A DNA stretch of 64,000 nt from Bdellovibrionota bacterium (GCA_041740355.1 JBGSMD010000020.1:1-64000); one strand, 5' to 3'. Counted from the first letter of the stretch, positions 1 through 10,564 are shown. The notes: generated by a model not told the origin, from the letters alone. Numbers and translations are program-made.

Positions 1-356
1 CTAGTATCACTAACTGGATAGAGAATTTCTACAATCCAAAGAGAATGCATTCTTCTCTAGGGTATTGTAGTCCTGATGAATTTGAAGAAATTCACAAGGA
101 AAGTTTATAGGGATTGGTGTCCAAGATTTTGGCGAAGCTCAAGTTACTTTTTGGACTCCCTACATATAGTCAGATTAGTACGGTCTAAACGATACAGCAT
201 GAAATGAATTATGAACGAGCAACTCGACAGATGATAAGTAGCAAAATACCTATCGTTACTTTAATGATACAAGTATCTTAAAGTCTGATGAAAAAGGTTA
301 ACTTTTGAAGCTAAGTGATAAACTTAATCCTGTTACACTCTATTTCCAAAACCTAT

Positions 357-2255
357 TTATAGTTCAAAATCCCTAGAGAACAAGATTTGTTTTAAATAGA
401 CAAAGGAAATTGAAACGGGTGGTAAATTAATTGGATTATTATAACCTAAATCAAAATCATAATTACGATTTGGAGGATTAAAATGTCCCCCAGGCCCAGT
501 TCCAGATATGATTGAACCATTACTATAGCGCGGAGTGGCAAGACTTACGAATGAACCCGTAATATTCATATCTCTTCCCGTCCAGTTTTCATGAAACCTA
601 GCAAAGTTATTCACACCGGCACTATTCGGGCTTAAGTTATGACCAGCAACACCCTCTGCTCCACCAGTAGTAATTGTTCCCGCTACAACGGCTGCATTCA
701 CTGTCGTATTAGAGGCATTGCGAGTTGTAAAACTTAAGTTAGAACCTGTATCTGACCATGAGTTAGAAAGAATATTAAGTGAATCAGAAATTATTGAGGC
801 TGGTTTTTTATTTACGGAATTATAATTTCCGGAAATATACATTGCTTGATCGGAAACAATAGTAAGTCCCTCAATTGCCGGAGCACTTGTAGCAGCCAAA
901 GTTGCGCCATTTCTTACTCTTACTCCATAGCGATTAATTGCGTTGCTGTATGGCCCTTCAACTGATAAGTGAAAAACTAAACCCTTATTTGTTGTATCAT
1001 TAAGAGCAACTAATCCTTCATTATGCAAACATTGTAGTAAACTGCCCATATCTACTTCCAACATACGAATATAGCCACCATCGATGTGATTATACATCGT
1101 ATTACTTGTTCCAATCGGGCGTCCATTAAAAGGAGCTCCTGCTGGACCAGCACAAGTACTTGTAACCATGCGATTAATTTTTTCAGTGATAGCTGTTTGT
1201 AAAGTACCTGACTGTGTGCGAGCTTCAATTCCCGTTGGAGAATTTGTAGTTATTGGGACGCCTGAAGAATTTACTCTCAAAACTAATCTTAAGTCGGAAA
1301 GATCCCAAAACTCGGAACCTGCAACCGGATCAAACTCTGTAATATTAGGAACTTCTAGGCTACCAACATGCTGCTTAATCATTCCATTCCATTGACTAAA
1401 GCTATTAGTTCCCAAAAATCTTCTGGTATTACCTGAAGCACAACTATACTGACTACTAACACCAAATGAAGTTAGGATAGAAGGATCAAGTGTTCCACTT
1501 GGCATTGCGTGAGCTACTCGAATTGTACCCGTGTAACACTCATTTGCAGCTTTTCTTCCACGATAAATATCTCCAACTGTTGTAATCTGACCATTAATCG
1601 TTAAATTTGCTGAAGTATTTAAATATAAATTACCATTACTATGAACTGGTCCACCAATCACCATGTCAGCTATCGGAGTAATTTCTAAATCCTTGTTATA
1701 GAAGGCCGCGAACTGATACATAGGTACTACCCGACTTTTAAAACGTAGTCCTAGTTTTGCACCAACTGATCCATCAGCTCTTTTAGCCGTAGAGAAAACA
1801 TCGTAACTATATTCTTGCGCATAAAGACCCGCAAAAGCTTCGCCTTGAGGAATGGTTACTGTTTCCGGAGTTGCCGATCGAGAGATCACATAAGTTTGTG
1901 CGGTGTTTTTTGCAAAAACATAACTTTTACAAGCATAATCTGCGGTTCCATTATTAGTACCTGTGCAAGGATTTGTTAAATTTGGATTAGTGCCCGTTGG
2001 TAAATTGTGATACGTAAAGATTTGTCGAAACTCCTCAGCACGAGCATTAAGGGAAGCTTCGGCAGCATAAAATGATTTCTCATAACGAGAAGAAGATTTT
2101 AATGTTGCTAAATCCAACGAAGAAATTGAATGATAAGTAGTTAACATGATACCCATCACTAAGACCATCATCATTGTAGTTAATAATGCAGCTCCTTGCT
2201 CAGCTTGCTTGCTGATAAGATAAGAACTGAAAGATTTTAATACTACAAATCTCAT
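357..2255 (-). CDS. Large PilX/GspK-like minor pilin (putative pilus tip protein), paralog 1
   Basis: Class III-like N-terminus G|AALLTTMMMVLV lacking Glu5, YAAEA motif typical of PilX-N; last gene of a prepilin cassette; shares many blocks with 6602-8773 (QFAAFY..DLE, GP.HSN.N.Y, LPP...SFV..KQ). Confidence 0.8.
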   Translation of the reverse strand: MRFVVLKSFSSYLISKQAEQGAALLTTMMMVLVMGIMLTTYHSISSLDLATLKSSSRYEKSFYAAEASLNARAEEFRQIFTYHNLPTGTNPNLTNPCTGTNNGTADYACKSYVFAKNTAQTYVISRSATPETVTIPQGEAFAGLYAQEYSYDVFSTAKRADGSVGAKLGLRFKSRVVPMYQFAAFYNKDLEITPIADMVIGGPVHSNGNLYLNTSANLTINGQITTVGDIYRGRKAANECYTGTIRVAHAMPSGTLDPSILTSFGVSSQYSCASGNTRRFLGTNSFSQWNGMIKQHVGSLEVPNITEFDPVAGSEFWDLSDLRLVLRVNSSGVPITTNSPTGIEARTQSGTLQTAITEKINRMVTSTCAGPAGAPFNGRPIGTSNTMYNHIDGGYIRMLEVDMGSLLQCLHNEGLVALNDTTNKGLVFHLSVEGPYSNAINRYGVRVRNGATLAATSAPAIEGLTIVSDQAMYISGNYNSVNKKPASIISDSLNILSNSWSDTGSNLSFTTRNASNTTVNAAVVAGTITTGGAEGVAGHNLSPNSAGVNNFARFHENWTGRDMNITGSFVSLATPRYSNGSIISGTGPGGHFNPPNRNYDFDLGYNNPINLPPVSISFVYLKQILFSRDFEL

Positions 2256-2256
2256 A

Positions 2257-3189
2257 TTAACTTGAAGAAATTATATTACGTGGGAAAACTTTTCCAGTCC
2301 AAGATCTACTTACAGTTTTTCCTGAACCAGTTTGAGTACTTGTGATCGTAATCACAACTGCTTGAATCTCTCTCCAATTATCAGCACTGGTAAAAGTATT
2401 TACTGTGCTACCATCTTGCATTTCAATTTCAGCTTGAAAGGCAGTAATGTTATTGGCAATATTTAAAAAATTAGTTGTGTCATCGGCATTAATTAATTTT
2501 AATACTCTATTTGTTGTATCAAGTTGTAATTCCCATTCTTCTAACAGGTAAATTGAGCCATTATTGATGTTGTAAGTATTGACCCAATTTCCAAGATTTT
2601 GCTTAACTAAGCGATAATACCCAGCACTGACACCAATATTATTAAATGTAAAAAATTCACCAACTTTAGTAGTTTGATTAAAAAGATAAGCCTTAACATT
2701 TCCAGAACCTTCCGCTACCCAATGACTATTCCAAGCATTATAATTATTTAAGTTCACCGTATAGCCACAAGAGGCAGGAGTTGGACTAGAAGTTGAGCTA
2801 TGCAGAGAAAAACGTAAATTACTAGCAGCAGTTCCTGCAGTAATTGTATTACAAAGCTTTAATACTTCCCCTAAAATATTCCTTCTGAGTGAAAGAACAT
2901 CAGGAGCTCCACTAGTCCCATTAACTAATGTTATTGCTGGAAATGTTGAAGGTAAGTTTTCTCCGACTAATCGCACTTCAGAGGCTACTAAATCAAAAAT
3001 ACCTCTTAAGTCCTGATTAGCTTTAGCTCGTAGCACATCATGATGATATAATTTGTTTAGTGAAATTAGAGAGCTTAGGGCAATCGCGCTAATCACCAAA
3101 AATAGTGTCATTGAAATCAATAATTCGACAATCGTGAATCCACGATCTGGATCTTTAGTTAAGTTTTGTAAAAACACTTTCGACCTCAA
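2257..3189 (-). CDS. PilW-like type IV minor pilin
   Basis: Prepilin motif RG|FTIVELLISM followed by hydrophobic helix; C-terminal PRN motif; TTG start uncertain. Confidence 0.8.
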   Translation of the reverse strand: MRSKVFLQNLTKDPDRGFTIVELLISMTLFLVISAIALSSLISLNKLYHHDVLRAKANQDLRGIFDLVASEVRLVGENLPSTFPAITLVNGTSGAPDVLSLRRNILGEVLKLCNTITAGTAASNLRFSLHSSTSSPTPASCGYTVNLNNYNAWNSHWVAEGSGNVKAYLFNQTTKVGEFFTFNNIGVSAGYYRLVKQNLGNWVNTYNINNGSIYLLEEWELQLDTTNRVLKLINADDTTNFLNIANNITAFQAEIEMQDGSTVNTFTSADNWREIQAVVITITSTQTGSGKTVSRSWTGKVFPRNIISSS

Positions 3190-3586
3190 AAATTAATTGG
3201 TTATTGTAACGAACGTCTACTGCCACATGACGCGTATCGTTTGTTGTAGTTGGTGGACAGTAAGTCAAATTGCGACAGTAAGTAACTGTGACTTGATAAG
3301 TAGTATTGCCAACAACGATATTTTGAGCGGCAGTCGAAGTCGTAGAGCTTGGCAAAGTTGCTGGATTAGACAGTCGCACAACATCTAAAATTTGTTGCCC
3401 AGCAATCTGCGCTTCCGATTTTATTTCCGCATTTTTTATTGAATTTGAAGCCTGAGTCAGAGATGTATGGAACGCACTTAGTACGAAGCCGAGAATGGAA
3501 ATTGATACTAGCATCTCAATTAAACTAAAGGCTTGCTCCCTTTGCACTTGAGTACAAGTAATTTTGTTAGTTCGATCCATGAACAT
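3155..3586 (-). CDS. PilV-like type IV minor pilin
   Basis: QA|FSLIEMLVSISIL prepilin motif; C-x4-C pair shared with paralog 5295-5687. Confidence 0.8.
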   Translation of the reverse strand: MFMDRTNKITCTQVQREQAFSLIEMLVSISILGFVLSAFHTSLTQASNSIKNAEIKSEAQIAGQQILDVVRLSNPATLPSSTTSTAAQNIVVGNTTYQVTVTYCRNLTYCPPTTTNDTRHVAVDVRYNNQLIFEVESVFTKLN

Positions 3587-3786
3587 AATATTTTTTATTT
3601 AAATATTCATTTGGAATGTTTTCAAAAATTGAAACATAACAAAACAAATATCCCACTAAGAATGTGCACTCCAGCTCAATTCTCAATGTAAATTTGTGTA
3701 ATTCAACAATTAAGGCAATTCTTTTTTATCATTCTAATTTTCATCATAGATAAAAAATTACTTGCTTTAGTTGTGGTATTTTAAAT

Positions 3787-4224
3787 TTAGCTAACCGATA
3801 GTCCTCCCCCTAAATAAATTTCGATTGTTTTTTCTGTTCCACCATTTTCTCTGACATCAAAAACAACATTGGCATCAGGAAATCCGCGTGTATCATAGCA
3901 AATGACCCAATTGTCATCGCCAAGATAAGACCCATTTGGTAAATTTAGAGTTAATTGTCCATCACTAACCCAAGGGTCTGCTGAGTTACAATCGTTGCGG
4001 AAGCTTGCAACTAATTGGTGCGTACCGTTTGGCTCAAGTTTATAAGAAACTGTGTTGGAAATTGCTTTGGAACGGACAACTTTTAGAATGCTAATTAATT
4101 CTTCGGACGCAGTGGTCGCCGGATTCACCAGTGTATGAATCCCATAGACTCCAAATCCAAGTAGGATTGAAGTTACGGAGAGCACTACCATCAGCTCTAC
4201 CAGAGAAAATCCTTTTAAGTACAT
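3787..4224 (-). CDS. FimT/FimU-like type IV minor pilin
   Basis: KG|FSLVELMVVL prepilin motif; ICYDTRG and IYLGG C-terminal strands typical of GspH/FimT-like pilins. Confidence 0.8.
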   Translation of the reverse strand: MYLKGFSLVELMVVLSVTSILLGFGVYGIHTLVNPATTASEELISILKVVRSKAISNTVSYKLEPNGTHQLVASFRNDCNSADPWVSDGQLTLNLPNGSYLGDDNWVICYDTRGFPDANVVFDVRENGGTEKTIEIYLGGGLSVS

Positions 4225-4836
4225 TTTTTTACTCTTAAGCTTAACTTCTTACTTTTTAATTAGATGTTAAATTGGCTAAAGAGGACTGTCGTCAAAATTA
4301 TAATATTTAATTAATCTATGAATAAAGATTTTTAAATTTTTAAATATAATATTGAGGTATGATAACGACATAATAAATTTCGATCCAAATGCTTTGACTT
4401 ATATTTTCTTTAATATAATTAAACACTTAGGTGCAAAGCTATTGCTATTATGTACATAAATCGACTTTAATAATTTCTATTCTCTAAGCATTTTATAGTG
4501 AAGATTAGTAAATTATAAATGCCTCTAAACTAATAGAACAAATTTTTCCTGTATAATCATCAATAAACAGGTAGTAAAATATTAAGGCTGAATGAAATTG
4601 TTTTAGTTTAAGAAATAAAGTGCATAGCATAAGGGTATTGTAAAGATTACTTATTTATTGAAATAACCCATCGCCCTTTATAAATAGCTGAAAATATTAG
4701 TGTTATTATTATAGTTTAAATAGAACAGGATTTAAGATGTATATTAATACATGCAAAATACTAAAGTAATAGAATAAAGGTGCCGATTTATACATCCAAC
4801 GTATACGTATATGCAATTTATTAAATTTTGATTTAA

Positions 4837-5298
4837 ATGACCGTTAATAATAAAGGATTCTCATTAATAGAACTATTAGCAGTTATGTCTTTGGCCGGAA
4901 TAATGTCAGTCATGATTGCACCTAGTCTAAAAGAATTAATTGATGATTCTCAAACTACCTCAAGTGAAATTTTGACTAATCTAAGAGCTATTAGATCATA
5001 TGCTAGGGTTGATTTAAATTCAATTATTGTTGACCCGATCAGTTCTACTGAATATCGTGCTTATTCTGTAGATAATTGTAGTGTTGTACTTTCAAGTTTG
5101 AGTGCGGCACAGTTATCGGCAGCAGAAATTATTGATTTTAGATACACAGCTAACGCATCTTCTACCTTTACTACAAACTGGGAGGTCTGCTTCAATCAAA
5201 TGGGAATTTCTGATTCTAATGATACAATTGATGTCACTGACAATGATAGTACTGAGCATGTAGAAATATTACTTGGTGGAACAATCAGAAAAACATGA
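4837..5298 (+). CDS. FimT/FimU-like type IV minor pilin, paralog 2
   Basis: KG|FSLIELLAVM motif; VCFNQMG and ILLGG match the 3787-4224 paralog. Confidence 0.8.
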   Translation: MTVNNKGFSLIELLAVMSLAGIMSVMIAPSLKELIDDSQTTSSEILTNLRAIRSYARVDLNSIIVDPISSTEYRAYSVDNCSVVLSSLSAAQLSAAEIIDFRYTANASSTFTTNWEVCFNQMGISDSNDTIDVTDNDSTEHVEILLGGTIRKT

Positions 5299-5687
5299 AA
5301 AATCAAGGTTTTACATTACTGGAAGTTTTAGTAAGTCTCACACTAGTAGCAATAGTCACTACGACTATGACTAATTCAGCTTTGATGAATGCCAGAACTA
5401 ACAATTCAATTCATTTAAAACTTACATCTGCTACAATTGCTCAAGAAATATTAGATAGCATGAGGACGTTAAATCAGGATGAAATTCAAAGCTTGCCAAG
5501 TACCAGTGGCACAACAACAACTCAAACAAAAACGGTTGATGGAAAAACATTTACAGTTAATACTGTCTACTGTCTCAATACCGCTTTCTGCGATACTGAC
5601 ATGCGTCATATTACACTAAGGATTTTATATCGAGGTATTCAAGTTTATGAAATTCAAACTATCTACAGTTCGCTCAATACAATATAG
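5295..5687 (+). CDS. PilV-like type IV minor pilin, paralog 2
   Basis: QG|FTLLEVLVSL motif; ATGA overlap with the upstream gene. Confidence 0.8.
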   Translation: MKNQGFTLLEVLVSLTLVAIVTTTMTNSALMNARTNNSIHLKLTSATIAQEILDSMRTLNQDEIQSLPSTSGTTTTQTKTVDGKTFTVNTVYCLNTAFCDTDMRHITLRILYRGIQVYEIQTIYSSLNTI

Positions 5688-6588
5688 AGAACTGGGTTTC
5701 ACATTAATAGAAACTTTAGTGGCATTAGGTCTCGGTAGCATTATTATGGCCATGTTTTTGGGCTATATTATGACTCAAAAGAAACTTTACAACATTGATA
5801 GCCTACGAGCACAGGCAGATACCGAGCTAAGTGGAGGAATGGATTTATTAGGTATTCGCATCCGGCAGGCCGGTCAGGGAATGTCTAAAGATTTTCCAGC
5901 AGTTCAATTAGTTAACGGTAGTGGTTCAAACCCCGATCGACTGATTGTCAGAATTCAAAATTCTGAAGCATATTTTAGAACTTGTAAGGTACATAGTTCA
6001 AGTTCAAATAATAATTATGTAAGTATTTACCGTGCTACCAACAGCAATAATCCAAGTTACTGTCGCCAAGGAACAATTATTTCTGACTACATGCCTGTAT
6101 GGGAAACGAGAAGAGTGGCGAATGGTGGAACACTGAAAGTTTTTTTCTATGACGATTCAGATGGAGATTATACATTTTTTAACTATAGTAGTTTTACAAC
6201 AGTTGGTTCTGGTAATAATGCTGAAAGAAGGATGCGAAGATCTTCGGGAACGTGGAGTGCTAATTTTGCAAATGGTTTATCATATGCATTATTAGCAGAC
6301 CAATGGGAGTTTTACATGGAAAACGGATATTTAAAAGTCAAACAGAATGACAATACTCCAGAGAATGTAATTTATGGTTTAACAAATTTTCAAGTTACCT
6401 TAGATGTTGCGGATGCTACTACAGGAGTAGTTAGTAATGTAAACGCCTTTTCATACAGTGGAAACTGGAAATTAATACGTTTAGTCAAAGTTCAAGTTAC
6501 TGCTACACTTAATGATCAAGGGGAAAGCTATCAACAAGTTTTTAATTACTCCTACTATCCTAGAAATATTTTATCAGTAGAGGGTTAA
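5647..6588 (+). CDS. PilW-like type IV minor pilin, paralog 2
   Basis: LG|FTLIETLVAL motif; FPAVQLVNG and YPRNI blocks shared with 2257-3189. Confidence 0.8.
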   Translation: MKFKLSTVRSIQYRELGFTLIETLVALGLGSIIMAMFLGYIMTQKKLYNIDSLRAQADTELSGGMDLLGIRIRQAGQGMSKDFPAVQLVNGSGSNPDRLIVRIQNSEAYFRTCKVHSSSSNNNYVSIYRATNSNNPSYCRQGTIISDYMPVWETRRVANGGTLKVFFYDDSDGDYTFFNYSSFTTVGSGNNAERRMRRSSGTWSANFANGLSYALLADQWEFYMENGYLKVKQNDNTPENVIYGLTNFQVTLDVADATTGVVSNVNAFSYSGNWKLIRLVKVQVTATLNDQGESYQQVFNYSYYPRNILSVEG

Positions 6589-6601
6589 TAAGGATATTAT
6601 T

Positions 6602-8773
6602 ATGAAAAATAAAAGTAATCATATTCTCAACTCAGACAAAGGAGTTGTCTTAATTACAACTTTGATCTTTTTAATGGCACTTACAGCACTTGCAGTTTCT
6701 TACTATAGAATTACAAACTATCACGTTGACATTGGAAAAAGCTCCAAGAAAACTTCCTATGGATATTACGCTGCAGAAGCTGGGTTAAATAGAAGAATCC
6801 AAGCTTTAAGATCGACTTTTATCAGTTACTCTACTCCAACTGGAACAAGCCCTACGTTGCCAACAGATGTTTCAGGAGATGCTGCTTGCGAAGGCGACAA
6901 TGATGGAACAGGAGAATTAGGCTGTCAAACATTAACGATCGGGGACCATACCGTTTACACTTATGTTGAAGAGCTTAATAATGGTGAGTCAGTAAAAAAT
7001 ATTATTGAGCCAGGTGATGATTATGCCGGTTTACAAGCACTAGATTTTCAATACATTTTACATTCTAAATCTATAAATCCAACTAACAATAAAACAGAAG
7101 CTGTACTAGGTATGCAAATTACTAGTCGTGTTATTCCAATGCTACAATTTGCAGCTTTTTATGATCAAGATCTAGAAGTTTTATCCGAACCAACTTCTTT
7201 TCAACTATTAGGACCAATTCATTCTAATAATAATATTTACTTTTATGGGTCAACAGGTGGAATTAAGGTTTCTGGACCTATTACTTCTGTTGGCACATTA
7301 CTTAAAGGTTGGAAGGGAACATCGAATACTGGCCTCTCCTTACAGGTGGATCAATTTGGAGGAAATGATGACACATATAACTGGAGAACTGTTTCATTAA
7401 GTGGATCTCATGCTTCTGGATATTCAAGTATTACAACTTCTGAAGTAACAAATTATAATAATAATATTCGTATTGGGGTAGATCCAGCAGATGCTACGGA
7501 ATATGCCAGTATTGCTCGCAATTCTAATAGTGATTATTGGGATCGTGCAAACTTAAGGGTTGTACTAAAATTAAATGCTTCAAATGCTCCCGACACAAGT
7601 TGTGTTACTGGAAACAATGGAATTGAAATCCAAAATTCTGATGGCTCATGCAATATTCCACTGACTCAAAAAGTAGTTACTAACTGTACTACAATGATTA
7701 ATACAAACTTAGCATTAAATAATGGGATTACTCTAAGAAACCATTTCCCTCAATTTGTGGTTAATGGGACTACATATTCTCCATCTGGTTCAGGAGCTTC
7801 AAGTGTTAAAACTTCAGTTGCCACAAATACATACAGCACCAATGTTTTCGGATCTACGAGTGCCGATCATGCTTATGGAAGATGTGTTCAATTGATGGAC
7901 ATTAATGTCTCTCAGTTAATGCGCTGTATTGAAGAACAAGAACTTATCCCAAGTGGGATTAATAAAACTGATGGCTTTACACTTTTCTTTTCTGTGGAAG
8001 GAAAAGATGCTGCAACCGTTCCAGCAACTTCGCCGAGATTTAATGAGGAAAATCCTTCTACACCCTACTACAGTAAGTATGCAATACGACTTCACAGTGG
8101 TTCAAATCTCAAAACTCCTTATAGCGGTGCCCCGTCAGTAGAAAGAGTTGCCTTTGTTACCGATTTACCAATGTATGTAAAAGGTCATTTTAATATTGGA
8201 ACAAGTCTTAGTAGTATGACATTTAATCAACTAAGAGATAACCCCGAAAATGCTGTTAATAAGATTCCTGCTATTCTTGTGGGCGATAGACTATATGTTC
8301 AATCGAGTAACTGGAGTAGTAACCTAGAAGATGACATCTCTTGTGGACAATTCGTTAGTGCAGGCGGGTTACAAGATGTCGACAATCGAGTAGCAACTGA
8401 TACTGCTATATTTTCGGGTTTTTTCTTTAAAATTCCTGTGAGCTGCGGCTCAATGACCTCATACAATTGTGGCCTAGGTGGCTCAAATTATGGACTTGGT
8501 AATTATGCACAACTTCAGGAAGATTGGGATGGACAGGATTTAGTAATGCATGGATCTTTTATTAACTTAACTAAATCATTGCATAGTACATCAACTTCAG
8601 ATGCAAACTATTCTTTTGGTGGAAATCAAATAAAAGACTATATTCCTGCTGAACGTTATTTCTCATTTGATACTGATTTTATGGATCTAGATGGACTTCC
8701 ACCTACAAGCCCAAGCTTTGTAAAGATTAAGCAAAAATTTTTTGTACAGTATTTTGAAGAAGAGGATTTTTAA
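6602..8773 (+). CDS. Large PilX/GspK-like minor pilin (putative pilus tip protein), paralog 2
   Basis: KG|VVLITTLIFL lacking Glu5, YAAEAGLN motif, colinear with 357-2255 but carrying insertions. Confidence 0.8.
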   Translation: MKNKSNHILNSDKGVVLITTLIFLMALTALAVSYYRITNYHVDIGKSSKKTSYGYYAAEAGLNRRIQALRSTFISYSTPTGTSPTLPTDVSGDAACEGDNDGTGELGCQTLTIGDHTVYTYVEELNNGESVKNIIEPGDDYAGLQALDFQYILHSKSINPTNNKTEAVLGMQITSRVIPMLQFAAFYDQDLEVLSEPTSFQLLGPIHSNNNIYFYGSTGGIKVSGPITSVGTLLKGWKGTSNTGLSLQVDQFGGNDDTYNWRTVSLSGSHASGYSSITTSEVTNYNNNIRIGVDPADATEYASIARNSNSDYWDRANLRVVLKLNASNAPDTSCVTGNNGIEIQNSDGSCNIPLTQKVVTNCTTMINTNLALNNGITLRNHFPQFVVNGTTYSPSGSGASSVKTSVATNTYSTNVFGSTSADHAYGRCVQLMDINVSQLMRCIEEQELIPSGINKTDGFTLFFSVEGKDAATVPATSPRFNEENPSTPYYSKYAIRLHSGSNLKTPYSGAPSVERVAFVTDLPMYVKGHFNIGTSLSSMTFNQLRDNPENAVNKIPAILVGDRLYVQSSNWSSNLEDDISCGQFVSAGGLQDVDNRVATDTAIFSGFFFKIPVSCGSMTSYNCGLGGSNYGLGNYAQLQEDWDGQDLVMHGSFINLTKSLHSTSTSDANYSFGGNQIKDYIPAERYFSFDTDFMDLDGLPPTSPSFVKIKQKFFVQYFEEEDF

Positions 8774-8807
8774 TATGGGGAACGGTTTACCTTAAATCAA
8801 ATTGGGG

Positions 8808-10163
8808 TTAATTTACCCCATAATGAAGCATGGCATCCGCAACTTTCACGAAACCAGCAACGTTGGCTCCTTGTACATAATTTACGTGAGTTTTCTCTTG
8901 GCCATATTCCACACATTTAGCGTGAATACTTTTCATAATACCTTGAAGTTTTTGATCTAGTTCTTCACGTGACCAACTAAGTCGCAGGCTATTCTGTGAC
9001 ATTTCTAACCCAGAAACCGAAACCCCTCCGGCATTAGCGGCTTTTCCAGGAGCATATAAAATTTTAGCCTCTAGAAATACATTAATCGCATCCAGATCGG
9101 ATGGCATGTTCGCTCCTTCGCTAACAACTTTACAGCCATTCTTAACTAATAACTTAGCATCTGCTCCATTGATTTCATTTTGAGTAGCACATGGAAATGC
9201 CGCATCACAAGGAACACCCCAAGGAGTTTTTCCGGCATGATATTCGAATTTATATTTCTCGGCAGCTTCACTAATCCGTCCACGAGTTAAAGTTTTTAAG
9301 TCATTAATCCAATTTAATTGATCACGATCGAGTCCGTTCTTGGCATAAATATATCCATCAGAATCAGAAAGTGTCAGTACTTTTGCTCCTTGCATAATCG
9401 CTTGTTCCGCGGCGTAAAGAGCCACGTTTCCAGAACCAGATATAACAACAGACTTTCCAATTAAGCCATCATTGACATGCTCCAACATATTAAGTGCGAA
9501 ATAAACGGCTCCATAACCAGTTGCTTCAGTCCGAATCAAACTTCCACCAAAAGCTAAACCTTTACCAGTAAGAACTCCGGTGAACTGATTAGTTAAACGC
9601 TTGTGCTGTCCATACATGTAACCAATTTCACGAATCCCAACTCCGATGTCACCTGCCGGAACATCAGTGTCTTTTCCTACATAACGTGAAAGTTCTGTCA
9701 TAAATGACTGACAAAAACGCATTACTTCTCGGTCTGTTTTTCCTTTGGGGTTGAAATCAGATCCACCCTTAGCACCACCCATCGGAAGTGTTGTTAAGCT
9801 GTTCTTAAATACTTGTTCGTAACCTAGAAATTTTAGAATGCTAAGATTTACTGATGGATGAAAACGAAGTCCTCCCTTGTATGGTCCAATTGCATTATTA
9901 AACTGAACTCGATAACCACGATTAACTCGAATGTTTCCTTGATCATCCTCCCAAGGAACACGGAAGATTACCGTTCTGTCTGGCTCAGTCATCCGTTCTA
10001 ACATGTAGGCTTCGTCGTATTTAGGATTTTGTTCGACAAAGGGAATAAGTGTTGTGACCACTTCTTGCACAGCTTGGTGAAATTCAACTTCGCCCGGATT
10101 TCTCTTGCGAAGTCCTTCCATGAATGTATCTAATCTTTGCTGTTGTTTTGTAGTCAGTTGCAT
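8808..10163 (-). CDS. gdhA: NADP-specific glutamate dehydrogenase
   Basis: GPYKGGLRFHPSV, MGGAKGGSDFNPKG, DVPAGDIGVG, SGSGNVA and EGANMP motifs. Confidence 0.96.
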   Translation of the reverse strand: MQLTTKQQQRLDTFMEGLRKRNPGEVEFHQAVQEVVTTLIPFVEQNPKYDEAYMLERMTEPDRTVIFRVPWEDDQGNIRVNRGYRVQFNNAIGPYKGGLRFHPSVNLSILKFLGYEQVFKNSLTTLPMGGAKGGSDFNPKGKTDREVMRFCQSFMTELSRYVGKDTDVPAGDIGVGIREIGYMYGQHKRLTNQFTGVLTGKGLAFGGSLIRTEATGYGAVYFALNMLEHVNDGLIGKSVVISGSGNVALYAAEQAIMQGAKVLTLSDSDGYIYAKNGLDRDQLNWINDLKTLTRGRISEAAEKYKFEYHAGKTPWGVPCDAAFPCATQNEINGADAKLLVKNGCKVVSEGANMPSDLDAINVFLEAKILYAPGKAANAGGVSVSGLEMSQNSLRLSWSREELDQKLQGIMKSIHAKCVEYGQEKTHVNYVQGANVAGFVKVADAMLHYGVN

Positions 10164-10227
10164 ATACTTTATTTAATAAAAAAGATTTTAATTAATGAAT
10201 TACTTTTTATTATGAATGAACTTCGGC

Positions 10228-10256
10228 AATCTACTATGAGCTTGTTCTAGTGACAA
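10228..10256 (-). promoter_or_regulatory. Putative sigma70 promoter of gdhA
   Basis: Minus strand TTGTCA-17 nt-TAGATT. Confidence 0.45.
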
Positions 10257-10362
10257 GCAACTAAGCAGTAAACCGAAAAAGACTAAGAAAAGATTAATTA
10301 GTTCGTAAAAATAATCTAAACTATCTTACGCTTAATAGAAATTCTCTTAAATAAGTCTGGAT

Positions 10363-10564
10363 TATACTCACCGGCTATTCATTTTTGATAAAAAATGAAT
10401 AGCAAGGAGAGCGAGCAAAATCCTGTCCCAGACAGGTTTTGCCGTAGAAAACAACACCTAACCCGCCGCAAATAAGTTGTGAGTATTGGCCTTGTCTTAT
10501 ACAGCGAAACTTGGCTTAAGCCAAGATTACGCTCGCCCTCCGCAAATTTCATATGCGGAGGGTT
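10363..10564 (-). repeat. Structured repeat family A, copy 1 (candidate ncRNA or MITE)
   Basis: Reverse complement aligns with 21876-22107; several hairpins with compensatory substitutions; overlaps the ampG stop codon. Confidence 0.85.

Noticed and set aside
4225-4836. Invertible promoter switch or sigma54 site between the pilin cassettes
   Set aside because: No long terminal inverted repeats or recombinase were seen, and the GG...TTGC candidate near 4430-4445 has 12-nt rather than 10-nt spacing.
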